64,000 bases of DNA from Octopus sinensis (Eukaryota): positions 15,996,001-16,060,000 of the forward strand of contig NC_043020.1 of assembly GCF_006345805.1 (NCBI RefSeq), read 5' to 3'. The position numbers were made by a program, and so were the translations under genes. A model generated the notes under the pieces. The model searched no databases and was not told the DNA's origin. It was given only the letters and a program-made list of their open reading frames with translations. Positions 11,219 through 24,889 of this stretch are shown here, piece after piece; the stretch's first letter is position 1, and each line of letters starts with the position of its first letter.

Positions 11219-12437
11219 AGTGACAGGTGACTGAGACCTTTGGTGATATACTGTGCTTGTGTAGACCTGGCAAGCCATGTGAGACAGTAATCATGGCTGA
11301 TGCTAGTGTCAGATAAATGGAACTCATGCTGGTGGCATGCAAAAAAAAAAAACACCCACTTCACTCTCAGAGTGGTTGGCATTAAAAAAAGGGCACCAGC
11401 TGTAGAAACCTTGCCAAATCAGATTGAAACCTGGTGCAGCTCCCTGACTTACCAGTTTTCAGTTAAACTTTCCAACCCATGCCAGCATAGAAAACGAACG
11501 TTAAATGATGATGAGGATGATAATGACGACGGACGACGACGATGACGATGATGATGATGACGATGATGAATTGACCCCCAGTACTTATTTTTTTAAAAAA
11601 CCCAATACTTATTCTATTGGTCTCTTTTTGCTAAACCACAAAGTTAACGAGATGTAAACAAACCAACACTGGTTGTCAAGTGATGGTGGAAGACAAACAC
11701 AAAGATACACACACACACACATACACATACATACATCTATAATAATAAATACCAAAACAAATTTCTGTGTGTCAGTGTGTCACAGTATGTTTGACCCATG
11801 CCCTCTCTCACTATTCAATGGTATTTCTACTATTCTTCATGTTGGGGTGAGAGTAATAATAGGCGTAGAGATGGTGAGGGCAGTAGTAGATTGACGGTTG
11901 TGATGGTAATAGGTGATAGTAATAGTATGAGTTGTAGTTGTGATAGAGGCAGAGGTGACAGTGATGACGGTGATGGTGGTGGTAGCCAAGGCAGTCAGGG
12001 ATAGTTAAGCAATCTGAAAGTCAGTGGTAATGGTGGTGGAGGGGAAGGTGGTGAAGTCAAAGGTATTGATGGTGGTGGCATCAAGAGTCTGAATGTTGTG
12101 TGTATGGCAGTTGTGTTGGCGATGGCGATGGCGGTGGTATTAGTGATGATAATGGTTCAGAACAATAAACAGAAAGAGAAAGAGAGAGAGAGAGAGAGAA
12201 AGAAAAAGATTAGATAGAAGAAAAAATTGTGTTGACCCCTGAATGGGAAAACAAAAAAATGTTTATCATGCAGCTTTGCAATAAGTTCCAGGTCAACAAA
12301 TTATTTCATCGTTTTGATGAAAATTGTTCATTGCTTGAAAAATATTGATCAAGTTTAATAAAATTTAATATATACCCAATGCATGAAGTGTCATTGTTAG
12401 GTCCAAGGCCTAATGAAGAGGCCTAATGTGACCTGGA

Positions 12438-13270
12438 CAGTGCAGGTGCCACTTAAAAGCACCCAGTCCACATTGTAAAGTAGATGGTGTTTGGAAGGGC
12501 ATCCAGCAGTAAAACCTTGACAAAACGGACAAATCTTACCAAAACTGGCCTCGCCTGTGCTTGTGCCACAGGAGTTAACTTAAAAGTTACCTGATAAATT
12601 TAATAATAATTTTAATAGTAATAATAATAATAATTTTAATAGTAATAATAATAATAATTTTAATAATAATTATAACCTATAAGGTTTCTCTTCCCATACT
12701 GCCACTTGATCTGATTGGCATTTAAAATAATAATTGCACTCCCTTCACAATATCCTGGCACTTGCCACTATCTGTATCTCTCTCATCCTTTACTCAACCA
12801 TCTCATTTATACTCTGATCCCCGTTCCTTGTGAGTATGTCTGGCATCTTGCCACCACCTTCATCCTGAGGTCTCCGACTCCCTCTCTCTCACTCCTTCTC
12901 TTGCAGTTCCCTCAGGATGGGCAACCATGTATTTTCTTTGTGGCAGCACACCTGTTTTTGTCTTCACCCCTCTTTCTTTCTCTGGCCAGGTAACCTTGTA
13001 CTTCCTCTACAGCAAGACACCTGTATCTGTCTCACTATAACCATTTCATCATCACCTCCTCCAATGCCTCCTCCCCTCTTAAAAGTTTTTGTCTTGCAAG
13101 TATTTGGTGACCCTGTCAGTGCAGGTGCCACTTAAAAGCACCCAGTCCACATTGTAAAGTAAATGGTGTTTGGAAGAGCATCCAGCAGTAAAACCTCGAC
13201 AAAACTGACAAATCTTACCAAAACTGACAAATCTTATCAAAACTGACCTCGCCTGTGCTTGTGCTACATA
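12438..13270 (+). repeat. Pair of ~135-150-bp direct repeats (12438-12570, 13117-13268), SINE C-related
   Basis: Both read CAGTGCAGGTGCCACTTAAAAGCACCCAGTCCACATTGTAAAGTA.ATGGTGTTTGGAAG and share variants not seen in other copies. Confidence 0.75.
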
Positions 13271-13779
13271 TAAAGCCCTAAGTCCACTCTGCTGGGTGGT
13301 TGGTGTTAGGAAGGGCATCCAGCTGTAAAAATCCTGCCAAAACAGTCACGGAAAGTCTGGTGCACGCTTCAACCTGGCCAGCTCTTGTGTTACCATCCCA
13401 CCCATGCTAGCATGGAACATGGACGTTAAATGATGATGATGATGATGATAACATACACAACATTTCTTCACTGCTTCATCGTCCACTTTGCCTTTACATT
13501 ACTCCATTCCTTGTCTGCTACGGATATCAACAGCGCCAGCTTGCTTATCAAGTGGCGTCTTCCTTTCGTTCTCCTTCTCTCTTTACATCCGTCTGCCTGT
13601 CTCTCTCCTTCTCTATTTTCTCCTTCTTATCTCTTCCTCTCCCACTTTATTTCTTTAAATCTGCAGTTATTTTCTGCATCTCATCTTACACCATACTTAG
13701 AATCATTGTTGTGACAATATCTCCACAAAATGGATCAGTCTATTAGTAGAATCAATAGATAAGAAGGAGGAGAAAAAAC

Positions 13780-13784
13780 TATAT

Positions 13785-13830
<46 letters not shown>

Positions 13831-13943
13831 CATGTATATATACATATATACATATATACATATATACATATATACATGTATATATATATATATACATATA
13901 TACATATATACATATATACATGTATATATACATATATACATAC

Positions 13944-13994
<51 letters not shown>

Positions 13995-14003
13995 CATATA
14001 TAC

Positions 14004-14052
<49 letters not shown>

Positions 14053-14100
14053 GTGTGTGTGTGTGTATATATATATACACACATATATATATAAATAAAT
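13780..14100. repeat. (AT)n/(ATAC)n microsatellite block
   Basis: Direct inspection. Similar blocks at 9240-9520, 18020-18300, 29085-29450, 34220-34520, 52500-52920, 57290-57530 and 60650-60990. Confidence 0.95.
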
Positions 14101-14729
14101 ATAAATTCCAACAAAGATTTATTTTTATGTAATTGAAGAACTTCAGATAGAACAATCTTTTACAAAGAAATAATCTTAAAATCAATATAAATTTTTGTCC
14201 AACATCTAAGAATGACTCAAAACAATGAAACAGATTAAAAACAAATCCTCGGGAAGATTTGCAATAAAACTACTATTTAAAATCTGATGTACCATTGTCG
14301 TAATGTAGTTCCAGGATTTTCTTTATCAGTTTTAAGAAGATAAGTAATTCCTCAAATTTCACCTTCGATTCTTCACTTCTAATTTTCTAGATTTAGTTTT
14401 AGTTTCAGTGTGGGGTGGGGGAGAAGAGGCTAAATAGCGGGGAATGATTGTTTAAATTTTCGCTTTTTTTTTTTTATAAAGCTGATTGATTAAATGCCTT
14501 TACAGTTAACACTATTTAGTAATTCAATTATGCTGTGGCTGATCCTTAAATAATTCTTGCCTCATCTAAATGAGATATGGAGTCATTTCTTGTTGATTTC
14601 ACTCTCATACCGATAGGTTTATCCTATAGAATTATCCATTCGAGCAAGAGCGATGTCTGCTTTTAAAACACAAGCCTACCAACTGTATGGTTGCAATTTC
14701 AAAAACTTAAAAATCTCATTGCTATTACT

Positions 14730-14990
14730 ATTGTACCAGGTTATCATCATCATCATCACCACCACCACCACCACCATCATCACCACTACCACCATCATCA
14801 TCATCATCATAATCATCATCAGGATCACCACCACCACCACCACCACCACCAACATCATCATCATCATCATCATCACCACCACCACCACCACCACCATCAT
14901 CATCATCACCACCACCACCACCACCACCACCACCACATGATCATCATCATCATCATAATCACCCCCCCCATCATCATCATTGTCATCATT
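14730..14990. repeat. (CAT/CAC)n trinucleotide microsatellite
   Basis: Direct inspection. It produces the spurious poly-His/Thr/Ile ORFs. Confidence 0.95.
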
Positions 14991-15481
14991 TAATAGCTAT
15001 CTTCCATGGTGGCATGGGTTGAATGGTTTGACAGAAGCTGATAAAGAAGCCTGGGGAGTGCACTAAGTTCCACTGTCTGCTTTGCCATGGATTTTACAGC
15101 TGGATGCCCTTCCTAATGCCAACCACCTTACAAATTGTACTGGGTGCTTTTTACATGGCACCAGTACAGGTAAGATCTGCTTTGGCAAAGTTTTATGGCA
15201 GGATGCCCTTCCAAATGCCAACCACTTTACAGGGTGTAACGGGTGCTTTTTATGTGGCATCAACACTGATGGAGTAACCTCATAACTTGCAAGACAAAGA
15301 TCCCTCAACTGAGAAGGGAAGTGGTGTTGAAGGCGGTGGTTTTGTGCCAGGTGAAAGACATCTTTGATAGATGGTCAACAAATTATGAAACATGTCAGGA
15401 CTATTTCCTTTTTCTCTTTTTTGTGTATATGCAAAAACAATAACAAATATATTCACTGTTGCAAAAGTTTAGAAAACAGCA

Positions 15482-15925
15482 ACATCATCATCATCATCAT
15501 CATCATTTAGCGTCCGTTTTCCATGCTAGCATGGGTTGGACGGTTCAACTGGGGTCTGTGAAGTCGGAAGGCTGCACCAGGCCCAGTCAGATCTGGCAGT
15601 GTTTCTACGGCTGGATGCCCTTCCTAACGCCAACCACTCCGTGAGTGTAGTGGGTGCTTTTTACGTTCCACCCGCACAGGTGCCTGATGGAGCTGGCAAA
15701 CGGCCATGAACGGATGGTGCTTTTACGTGCCACCGACACGGGGGCCAGGCGAGGCTGGCAACGGACACAAACGGATGGTGCTTTTACATGCCACCGGCAC
15801 GGGGGCCAGGCGTGGCTGGCAATGGACATGAGCGGATGGTGCTTTTACATGCCACCGGCATGGGGCCAGGTGAGGCTGGCAATGGCCACGAACGGATGGT
15901 GATTTTATGTGCCGCCGGCACATAA
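15482..15925 (-). mobile_element. Young family C copy with four or five internal ~60-bp tandem subunits
   Basis: CpG-rich. The subunit GGATGGTGCTTTTAC(G/A)TGCCACCGGCA..GGGGCCAGG.G.GGCTGGCAA repeats across 15650-15920. Confidence 0.82.
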
Positions 15926-17392
15926 CAACTATAATTTGATCTTTGGTTTGTAACAGACTCAAGACTTGATTACTAATAACCAAAAACATTTCCTTCCTGT
16001 CACAGATTATAAAAAAAATACAATCCAATGGCTAGGATCGAGGAGTTCAGTTAGCAAATTACTGTTACCATCTGTAGTCATGGTATGTGCAGATGAGATA
16101 TTTCAGCTAGTAAAAGACCATCATAATCATCATCATCATCATCATTTAATGTCCGTTTTCCATGCTAGCACGGGTTGGACTGTTTGACCAGGGTCTGGGA
16201 AGCCAGGAGGCTGCACCAGGCTCCAGTCTGATCTGGCAGTGTTTCTACAGCTGGGTGCCTTTCCTAACACTAACCACTCTGTGAGTGTAGTGGGTGCTTT
16301 TTACATGCCAGGGGAAGCTGGCAGCAGCCACGATCAGTTGGTGCTTTTTACGTTCCACCAGCACAGAAGCCAGTCAAGGCGGTGCTGGCAATGGCCATGT
16401 TCAGATGGTGTTTTTTACGTGCCACCGGCACAAGTATCACAACTACTATTTCCATTTGATATTTATTTCAATGTTTATGTACTTGACTCAATAGGTCTCC
16501 TCAAGCACAACAGGTCACCCTACGATCCAAGGTAAGCACAGCAGGTCGTTCTGCAATCCAAGGTACTTTGGATGGGCTGGGGCTGCTATGCAAAACTGAT
16601 GCAGGAAATAGCCATGAGCTCACGTTATTTGTCGGGTCTTTGCAATGTGATTAAAACTCAGGCAAGACTTGATCAAAACATCTGGTATGGAAGATTTTCA
16701 TTGGTCTGGGCAAGTAGCCCAACCAGGATGGATAGATGGATGAAAGAAAGAAACTGAGTCCAATGACAGAAAATAAGTAAAAAAAAACAAAAAAAAAACA
16801 AGCAATTTATAAAGGGAAAACAGGGTCACTGTTAAGAACTGTAAAAAGTGTTGGCTGAATGAATGGATAATGAGAAAAAAGACAGATATACTGCAAGAAT
16901 ACTGCAAGTAAATTTAGAAGCAAAGAAAATTAAATCATGAAAAATGACCAGAGTTATATGAAGAATCAAATAATGAATTGGGCCTTCCATGGTTTTTGAG
17001 TGATAAATTCATTTTATGAATAATAACCTTTTTAACCTTTTTCTTTTTTTTAACAGCTTTAGCTCAATTGCTTATAAGCAAAAGTTACTGAGTAAAAACA
17101 GGAACCGTGCCAGTTTAGTAGTTGAGATTTAGCTTTTTTTCTTTATTTTGTGTGTGTTTTATGTCTTGAAATTTCCTGCCATGTTACATTGGTTTCTTAG
17201 AAAATATAAATAATGATGGCTATACTTAGGGAGGTCACGTGAGGGTAAAATATATGACTGAATTTTAGCTATAAAAGTGTGTGTGTGAGTGGGGGGAGGT
17301 GTTATTGGGTTATGTTTAAGATAGTATTGTACTGAAGTAAATATTCTAGGTTCTGTCTGCATGATGCTTGTGTGCAGAAAGTTAAGAAGGCG

Positions 17393-17790
17393 CAGGAGTG
17401 GCTGTGTGGTAAGTAGCTTGCTTACCAACCACATGGTTCCGGGTTCAGTCCCACTGCGTGGCACCTTGGACAAGTGTCTTCTACTATAGCCTCGGACCGA
17501 CCAAAGCCTTGTGAGTGGATTTGATAGACGGAAACTGAAAGAAGCCCGTTGTATATATGTATATATATATGTGTGTATGTGCGTGTTTGTGTGTCTGTGT
17601 TTGTCCCCCCAACATCGCTTGACAACCGATGCTGGTGTGTTTACGTGCCCATAATTTAGCGGTTCGGCAAAAAGAGACCGATAAAATACTAGGCTTACAA
17701 AGAATAAGTCCTGGGGTCGATTTGATCGACTAAAGGCGGTGCTCCAGCATGGCCACAGTCACATGACTGAAACAAGTAAAAGAGTAAAAA
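17393..17790 (+). mobile_element. SINE family A, full length
   Basis: Complete match to the 86-450 copy. Confidence 0.87.
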
Positions 17791-18018
17791 GAGAGTATAT
17801 ATATATGCATGTATGTATATATATATCGTTTTTGGATTTGGTTTGCAAGATTCTTTATGTGAGTTCATGTGTTGAAGCATATTCTGCTGAGTCTGGAGAG
17901 AGCCATTTTCTTTTTGTGCCTTATTATTTAACACACTCACCGGTAAAATTTCCACTTATTCCTTATTTTTATTTTCCTAAAATTTTCGTTGTGTCTTGCA
18001 ACCTTTTCAATAGTCTTT

Positions 18019-18054
<36 letters not shown>

Positions 18055-18237
18055 GCACACATGCATGCACACACACACATACACACACATACACACATAC
18101 ACACACACACAGAAGATATATGATACACTGATGATATATATATACATATCAACACTTACATGCACATACACACAAATACAGATGCATTCATGCAAATATA
18201 CATGCACACAAACCCATAACATATATATACATATATA

Positions 18238-18272
<35 letters not shown>

Positions 18273-18574
18273 CATGCATGTGTGCACATGTACATACATA
18301 GACTCAAAAACATTAACCATCACACATGTGTACATGGGTATACACTAGGTCAGGTCAGAGGTCTCGTCACAGTCTAATAAGACCTGCTACTGGGTACCCC
18401 TAAACCAGTATGGCCTGTTTCTTGGTCAAGTGGTCAGTAACTAAACCAACTCCCCCCACTCAAATAGTAGGTTACTCTTGTGAATGGCTTGTTTGGACAT
18501 CCTGCAGGACTAACAAACAAGACTGGATGAGCCCCTTACAGGTTAATGACCATCCAGTTGGGTAAAATAATAAG

Positions 18575-19312
18575 GATCCCCTTTGGTCATGAATGACTAT
18601 GGGCTTGCACTTAGAAAGTTACCCTCTGTAGCACAAGTCTGGGCAAGGTTGCTTATGGAAGACCAGCAGTCGCTCATGCATACCAGACTCCCCTCTCCAC
18701 ACCCCTGATGTTATCCAAGGGGAAGAGAAAGGCTGATCAAGCTTGGCACCTGTGACATCGCAGTTCATTTCTACTCTCTTTACTCTTTTACTCTTTTACT
18801 TGTTTCAGTCATTTGACTGCGGCCATGCTGGAGCACCGCCTTTAATCAAGCAACTCGATCCCCGGGACTTATTCTTTTGTAAGCCCAGTACTTATTCTAT
18901 CGGTCTCTTTTGCCGAACCGCTAAGTAATGGGGATGTAAACACACCAGCATCGGTTGTCAAGCAATGCTAGGGGACAAACACAACCACAAAAACACACAC
19001 ATGCATATATATATATATATATACATATATATGACAGGCTTCTTTCAGTTTCTGTCTACCAAATCCACTCACAAGGCTTTGGTCGGCCTGTAGCTATAGT
19101 AGAAGACACTTGCCCAAGGTGCCATGCAGTGGGACTGAACCCGGAACCATGTGGTTGGTAGACAAGCTACTTACCACACAGCCACTCCTGGAGCAACATG
19201 AAATAAAGTGACTTGCTCAAGAACGCAACACTTGGCCCGGTCTGGGAATTGAACTCACCACCTCATGATTGTGAGCCTGATACTCTATCCATTGAGTGAT
19301 GTGTCTTCACTG
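18575..19312 (-). mobile_element. SINE family E variant with a nested full-length family A copy (about 18776-19189)
   Basis: The GGAGCAAC.TGAAAT.AAGTG..TTGCTCAAGAAC segment at 19190-19312 continues the 18575-18775 segment across the family A insertion. Confidence 0.7.
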
Positions 19313-20441
19313 GCACATAGCTCAGTGGTAAGAGCATTCGGTTAGGCAATGACGATCCACCCCAATATCTCTGCCAAGAAAACACTACAAGAAAGTCAGA
19401 ATGAAGTACTGCTATGTCTTCACATTTTATCAGGAAGACTTTTGTTTTAGGATTTTTATGTTGGTTTAAACTCTCCCTTGATTTTACTTACGAATCCTGT
19501 AAATCATTATTCAATATATTTTGTGTATTCATCCTCAGAAGTAACAAAAGAAACTAACTTTAAAATGACAGCAGGAGTTTATTCCTTTGTAAAGTGATAC
19601 AGAAGATCAAAGCAAGAAACATTACAAATTCTGGTGGTTTTGTTTAACCATGGTTTTGATAATTCAGTTTGTGTTGTCATTGGTTACATGGGCTCCATTA
19701 TATATTAATCTTCCTGGGAAATGGCAGGGTCTGCATAACATGCCTTGCTGAAAAACTCTCACCACTCTGACTTGTAAATAATATGTTGCACCAATTTATG
19801 GAAAAATGGAGGCTCCAGAACACATAAATGATTAGTCATTTGAAATATACTATGCAGAATATGATTGGACCTTCAATCCAATACCCATACAACACTCAAC
19901 CAATCACAACACAGGGCTCAACAAATGTCCAAACCATACAGGATAGGTATGTTGGCCAATCATTACAGATTAACATGCTGAGCCTATTAAATCTAACTAG
20001 CAAATGCACCCATCTACGATGGAAGCATAAATTGAGGGAGGAAAGTCATAACAGCAATATGAATTGAGAAATATGTAGATGGACTTGATAGATTACTGGG
20101 TGAGGCTCTAGAGAAATCACATCATTGTTGGTGATACAGCATTCTATTGCAGCTATATGACATGTTTGCGACTAGGTGACATGTGATAATGATTCACTCC
20201 CGAACTGAATTAGGCTCCCAGCCTCTGCATTAAGAATGGTTATGTGGACCACTCCTAACAAAAGCCAGAGCTCCCTTTGACCACTACATAAAAAGTATTA
20301 AGAAAAACAATGTTTTTTCAATATACTTTTATTTTAGTTGTTTACACTATTTTATGCTTGTTTATACTCTTATACATTCAAAGTTCACAAATTTCCATAT
20401 TTAAATTATGAATCATATTCCTTTCGATAATATCAATATGA

Positions 20442-20790
20442 TTACAAAATTCCTTTGTAGATGATATTTTCTGTTTGGTCAACACTAATTTTCAAATTAC
20501 TGAAGCCCATTGCTCAACTCATAGCGACGTATAACTGACCAAGTGTAAACATTTGAGAAGGTAAAAATACACCCACATGATCTAAAGTTTGGCCTTGGGC
20601 CTTGTTTGCTGTGAATGTGCGAGCAGAATCTTTAGGGTTGTAAAAAATCAAACTAAGACTTAACCTTCACTGTTCTATGCGAATAATGTCTGGTTGTTCT
20701 GGTACCATGGGTTATTTTGATCGACAAAACTGAGATGTAAATAACAGCTGCTTCGATTAGCCATTTCGAATCCTGCCCAAGTCTGACACA
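20442..20790 (-). mobile_element. Helitron RepHel Pif1-helicase C-terminus remnant
   Basis: Reverse complement of 20442-20620 translates to TFTANKAQGQTLDHVGVFLPSQMFTLGQLYVAMS*AMGFSNLKISVDQTENIIYKGIL*, matching the Helitron helicase end (TINKSQGQTL..VG..L...VF.HGQLYVA.SR ... T.N.VY.EVL). Upstream sequence is more degraded. Confidence 0.9.
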
Positions 20791-20885
20791 CTTCAATAAC
20801 CACTAAATAATCACATACACTATATACTGACACACACTTTTTCCATTTTATTTTTGCTATTAACCATCCTCATGATCTCCTTCAT

Positions 20886-21460
20886 ATCTACGATGGGGCC
20901 ACGAACTATACGATGAAAATCCAGAGTTACTCGTGGTCGGTGAATTTTTAATAAAAATGTGAGGGTGGTTTATCAATTAAAAAATTGATATCCATGAAAT
21001 AATCATACTTCTTGATTTTTTTAATCCTTCCAGACAACCATCTTTGTAATCCTGAAAAATATAACTATTAGCCCAGCTGTTTGGCCATGAAGAGGAAACA
21101 GACAAAGAGATGGTCAGACATAACACCCATTATAGTAAGATAGCAAATGTACCTATCTACGATGGAAAATAAAGGAATAGTATTGCAAATCTAAACCCTC
21201 TAAATTCATGAACTATACGGGGATGGGGGGCAAAGTTAATCTTCGTCATCAGAATTTTAACAAAAAAAATCAAAGGTGATTTATTAATACAAAACTCATC
21301 CCCTAAATAATCATCTTTTTCACATTTTTTTTGCTAAAACCTTCCTGATTACCTCCTTCATAACCTCAAACTTCACGGTCAAATGGTCCCGCCATTTGAC
21401 CATGAAAAGAGAACAGATAGACGAACAGACAGATGGATACAACACCCTTTATAGTAAGAT
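20886..21460 (+). mobile_element. Two tandem non-autonomous Helitron/HINE-like elements (about 20886-21141 and 21142-21460)
   Basis: Shared start (TAGCAAATG.ACC.)ATCTACGATGG, also at 19997-20022. Shared end CC.GC..TTTG.CCATGAA.AG..ACAGA...CCC.TTATAGTAAGAT resembles Lep1/DINE-1-type termini (recalled from memory). Confidence 0.55.
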
Positions 21461-21910
21461 GTCTTCAATATGCCATAATAGAAATTGATCTCACTACAGT
21501 GTCATCAAATCACTGCAAACACACACAGTACTTGATGACACCAATACATGACACCAAAATGTGTCAGCAGACTAGCCAGTGGGTTATGCTAAATGCTAGA
21601 AATAGTAGCCAAATTCCCATATATCATAGTCAAACATTGGACAAAATAGTCCTAATCACACAAAAAGCTACAATGATCATAACTGGAACATAAGTCTGGT
21701 TTGTCAAGTCTGACCTGGGGTTAAGCAATTACAACTTGTACAGTCACACACTCAAGTAAATAACCACACATGATAAAATATACCATCACACACACACACA
21801 AATCTTTTACCTTTTACTTGTTTCAGTCATAAGACTGTGGCCATGCTGGAGCATTGCTTTGAAGAATTAGTTGAACAAATTGACCCCAGTACTAATTTTG
21901 CTCTTTTTAT

Positions 21911-22090
21911 TTAATTACCCTGCATACATAAATGAAAGCAGGGTATTGTAATCACTCATCTTAGTCTGCTGGTCTGTGTGTTTGCAAAATTACTGGAAAA
22001 TGGCTGAACGGAGTTTCACCACATTTGGCAGAAATACTCATTGGGTAAGTGGTTCGAAATGATGAACATTTGGTTTGATTATATTTTTTA
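21911..22090 (+). mobile_element. DINE-1/HINE-like element fragment
   Basis: Short inverted repeat ATTACCCTGC...GCAGGGTATT, followed by GTCT-type sequence and AAAATGGCTGAACGGAGTTTCACCACATTTGG. Confidence 0.5.
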
Positions 22091-22734
22091 AAAATGAAAA
22101 AAAATCAAACTTGCAAATTTCCCAATAATCAAGTGGTCATATCATTTTGTTCACTTTCTTTTTTCATATGAATCAATCCTCATCTGCATGTGTATAAATC
22201 ATGGTGTGTAGATACGTGTGTGTACATACACAGGGTCACATTTATAGTGAGTCAAAGAGGGCAAATGCCCCAGGCATCCAAAGATATTGGGCCTTCCTGC
22301 TATGAAGGGTATGTACTATTCAATATAGGCAGGCTCCCACCTCAGTAATCCAGTAATCTTGCATGCAGTAGTTCTCTTTCAATAAACAAACATATCCTAA
22401 AAAAATGCAATGGATCCTCTGTTTTGATAAACAACCAGTTTTAATTACATTAGTGACATCAGTTCATTCCCAAAGCAGCCGCAATTCCCATGGGAATTAA
22501 TTGTAGTTCTTTATTCACAGAAAGCAACAAAACACTCCAAAAAGTGTATGTATCTGTGAGTGTGTGTTTGTGTGTGTGTGTGTGTATGTGTGCGTGTATG
22601 TGAGCGTGTGTTTGTGTGTTTGTTTGTGAGAGAGAGTATGGATAGATAGATAGAGAGATTGATAGAAAGAAATTATTGTCTCTAGTTCTGATTCCTTTCA
22701 ATGCATGACCTTAGATTGATCACTGGCCATTAAA

Positions 22735-22776
<42 letters not shown>

Positions 22777-23555
22777 TACGCACGCACATATATTGCCATT
22801 CTTCAGTTAGGCATTGAAAATTGGTCTTATTTTATGAAAGAACAAGTAAGTAATATGTTCCAAAATCTAAATTTTGAATTTAGCTTTAATTATAAAATTA
22901 CATCTCTCAACAGCTCAAAGCACCTTTTTTTTTTACAGCTTTAGAATTATTGCTTTTATGCTCACATGTTCTTTTTCTTTCTTTCGTTTTCATAATTTAT
23001 CGTCATTTTGTCAAACTAAAGTAAAGTGGGGCAAAGCTGGTAACTGGGGCAAAATGAGTTATTACCAAGTTTTCATTATTTTTTCACTGCTTGTCTGAAA
23101 ACATTACTTTGCAAGTATTGCACCACCATTTTGTACTCTTGCATCATTTTTGGGAGTAAGCATTGGTCACCATTGTGGTTGTTGCAGTTGAGGCAGTTTG
23201 AAACTGCCAGGTAAGAGGTACTTTATTTTCAAGAAATTTTCCCTCTGAGGTTCCTAATAAAATATCTAGGCAATTTTGGGTGTCCAACTGTCCATATTCT
23301 TTCCTCTGTTGGGTTAATGTCTAATGTGATAATTTTCAATTTTCAAAAGCTGATGTCTAATCTGGGGCAAAATGAGTAATGACTAATTTCAATGATCTCT
23401 TCTATTTAAATGTATGGTGTATAAATGTAGCAGGAAGAGAGCCAGGTGGAATTCTGCTTTAAGTACCCCATATAACATCTCATAACTTTTTCTAGTTTTT
23501 GGACTTTCCAGAAAATTTTTGCAAATTTGTATTTTACACATGGGATTTCATATTT

Positions 23556-23952
23556 TCTTTACTCTTTTACTCTTTTACTTGTTTCAGTCATTTGACTGTG
23601 GCCATGCTAGAGCACCACCTTTAGTCAAGTAAATCGACCCCAGGACTTATTCTTTGTAAGCCTGGTACTTATTCTATCGGTCCCTTTTGCTGAACCGCTA
23701 AGTTACGGGAGCGTAAACACACCAGCATTGGTTGTCAAGCAATTTTGGGGGGACAAACACAGACACACAAACATATACATACACATATATACGATGGGCT
23801 TCTTTCAGTTTCCGTCTATTAAATCCATTCACAAGGCTTTGGTCAGCCCGAGGCTATAGTAGAAGACACTTGCCCAAGGTGCCACGCAGTGAGACTGAAC
23901 CCGGAACCATGTGTTTGTTAAGCAAGCTACTTACCGCACAGCCACTCCTGCG
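23556..23952 (-). mobile_element. SINE family A, full length
   Basis: Reverse complement of family A. Further copies at 37873-38430 (+), 57998-58412 (-), 59315-59748 (-) and 35690-36150 (+). Confidence 0.87.
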
Positions 23953-24889
23953 CCTGTGCTTATATGACTATGAAAAAGTAAAAAAAACGTTATTTGTGTA
24001 TGATCTAAGGGCTATTTAGGTGTTATTTTTAGCATATCTCATGACCACCTGATACCCACCTTGTTTCTTTATCACTCTGATGTATTGATGTTTCTCAATA
24101 TCTTTCTCCCCATAAACACGTTTAATGGTCTATTGCCAGGATTGAAGTCAAAATTTAGGACTGTCTGCAAAAAAAAAAAAAAAAAAAAACGAAAAATTAA
24201 AAAAAATTTTCATAGTTGCATGAATCCTCATGTGTTTTAAAAATTCAAAAAAAAAAAATAATAAAGCTATGAGAGGTTATATGAGATGCTTAAACCAGAA
24301 CTCTGCAGAGAGCCACTCCGGCAGATCGTGAAGAAGCTATAGAGAATATTTTATGCTGAATTTTTTGATTTAGTCAAATTTCATTAATTTCATATTATGC
24401 CATTTTCCCATGACTCCTTTTCATTTGACCGACATACTGATGTGCATGAGCTTTTTTTCAAATGTAATTCTGGAGAACTGAAGAGGCAAATTTACCTTAT
24501 CTTTTCTTACTCATTTTGCCATCTAAATTTGTCTTTTAAATGCTCAAAGAGAACAGAGGTAATTTTCTGAAATAGTGTTCTGAATATTTTTTAATGCATT
24601 TAGAGAAGGTCATTTGCTTAGCTGACGTAGGTTTTTAGATAGTGAACAGTTATTAAAATATTTTTTTTCCTCAAAGTCAAAAATGCAGTAAATGTTACTC
24701 ATTGTGCCCCACCACCGTCCAGCCTTCTCGCTTCCTTAGGTAGCTTTCTATCGCCCCACCCCTTCGGAAAGAGTATGACGAACTCATCTTTCCTCTTTCT
24801 GGGAGGGGGCACTGCTCCCTCTGTCGGTGGCACTACTTGAACTACTTGAAGAACAAAAGGATGATGGAAGGAGACGATATTCCTCTGAT

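Noticed and set aside
12438-13270. Direct repeats as LTRs of a TRIM or mini LTR element
   Set aside because: The repeats are SINE C-derived, with no PBS, polypurine tract or TSD visible. A local duplication is simpler.
14600-14720. Possible small exon (ATG TCT GCT TTT AAA... or the reverse strand)
   Set aside because: No recognisable peptide, splice signals are no better than chance, and the ORF length comes from the adjacent CAT repeat.
19485-19540. Minus-strand ATG...TTC|GTAAGT mini-exon (MNTQNILNNDLQDS)
   Set aside because: A single GTAAGT is expected by chance at this scale, and there is no supporting homology.
23025-23385. Repeated GGGGCAAAATGAGT motifs suggesting a pogo-like DNA transposon end
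   Set aside because: Only same-orientation copies are seen, with no matching opposite TIR or coding relic, so the evidence is insufficient to annotate.
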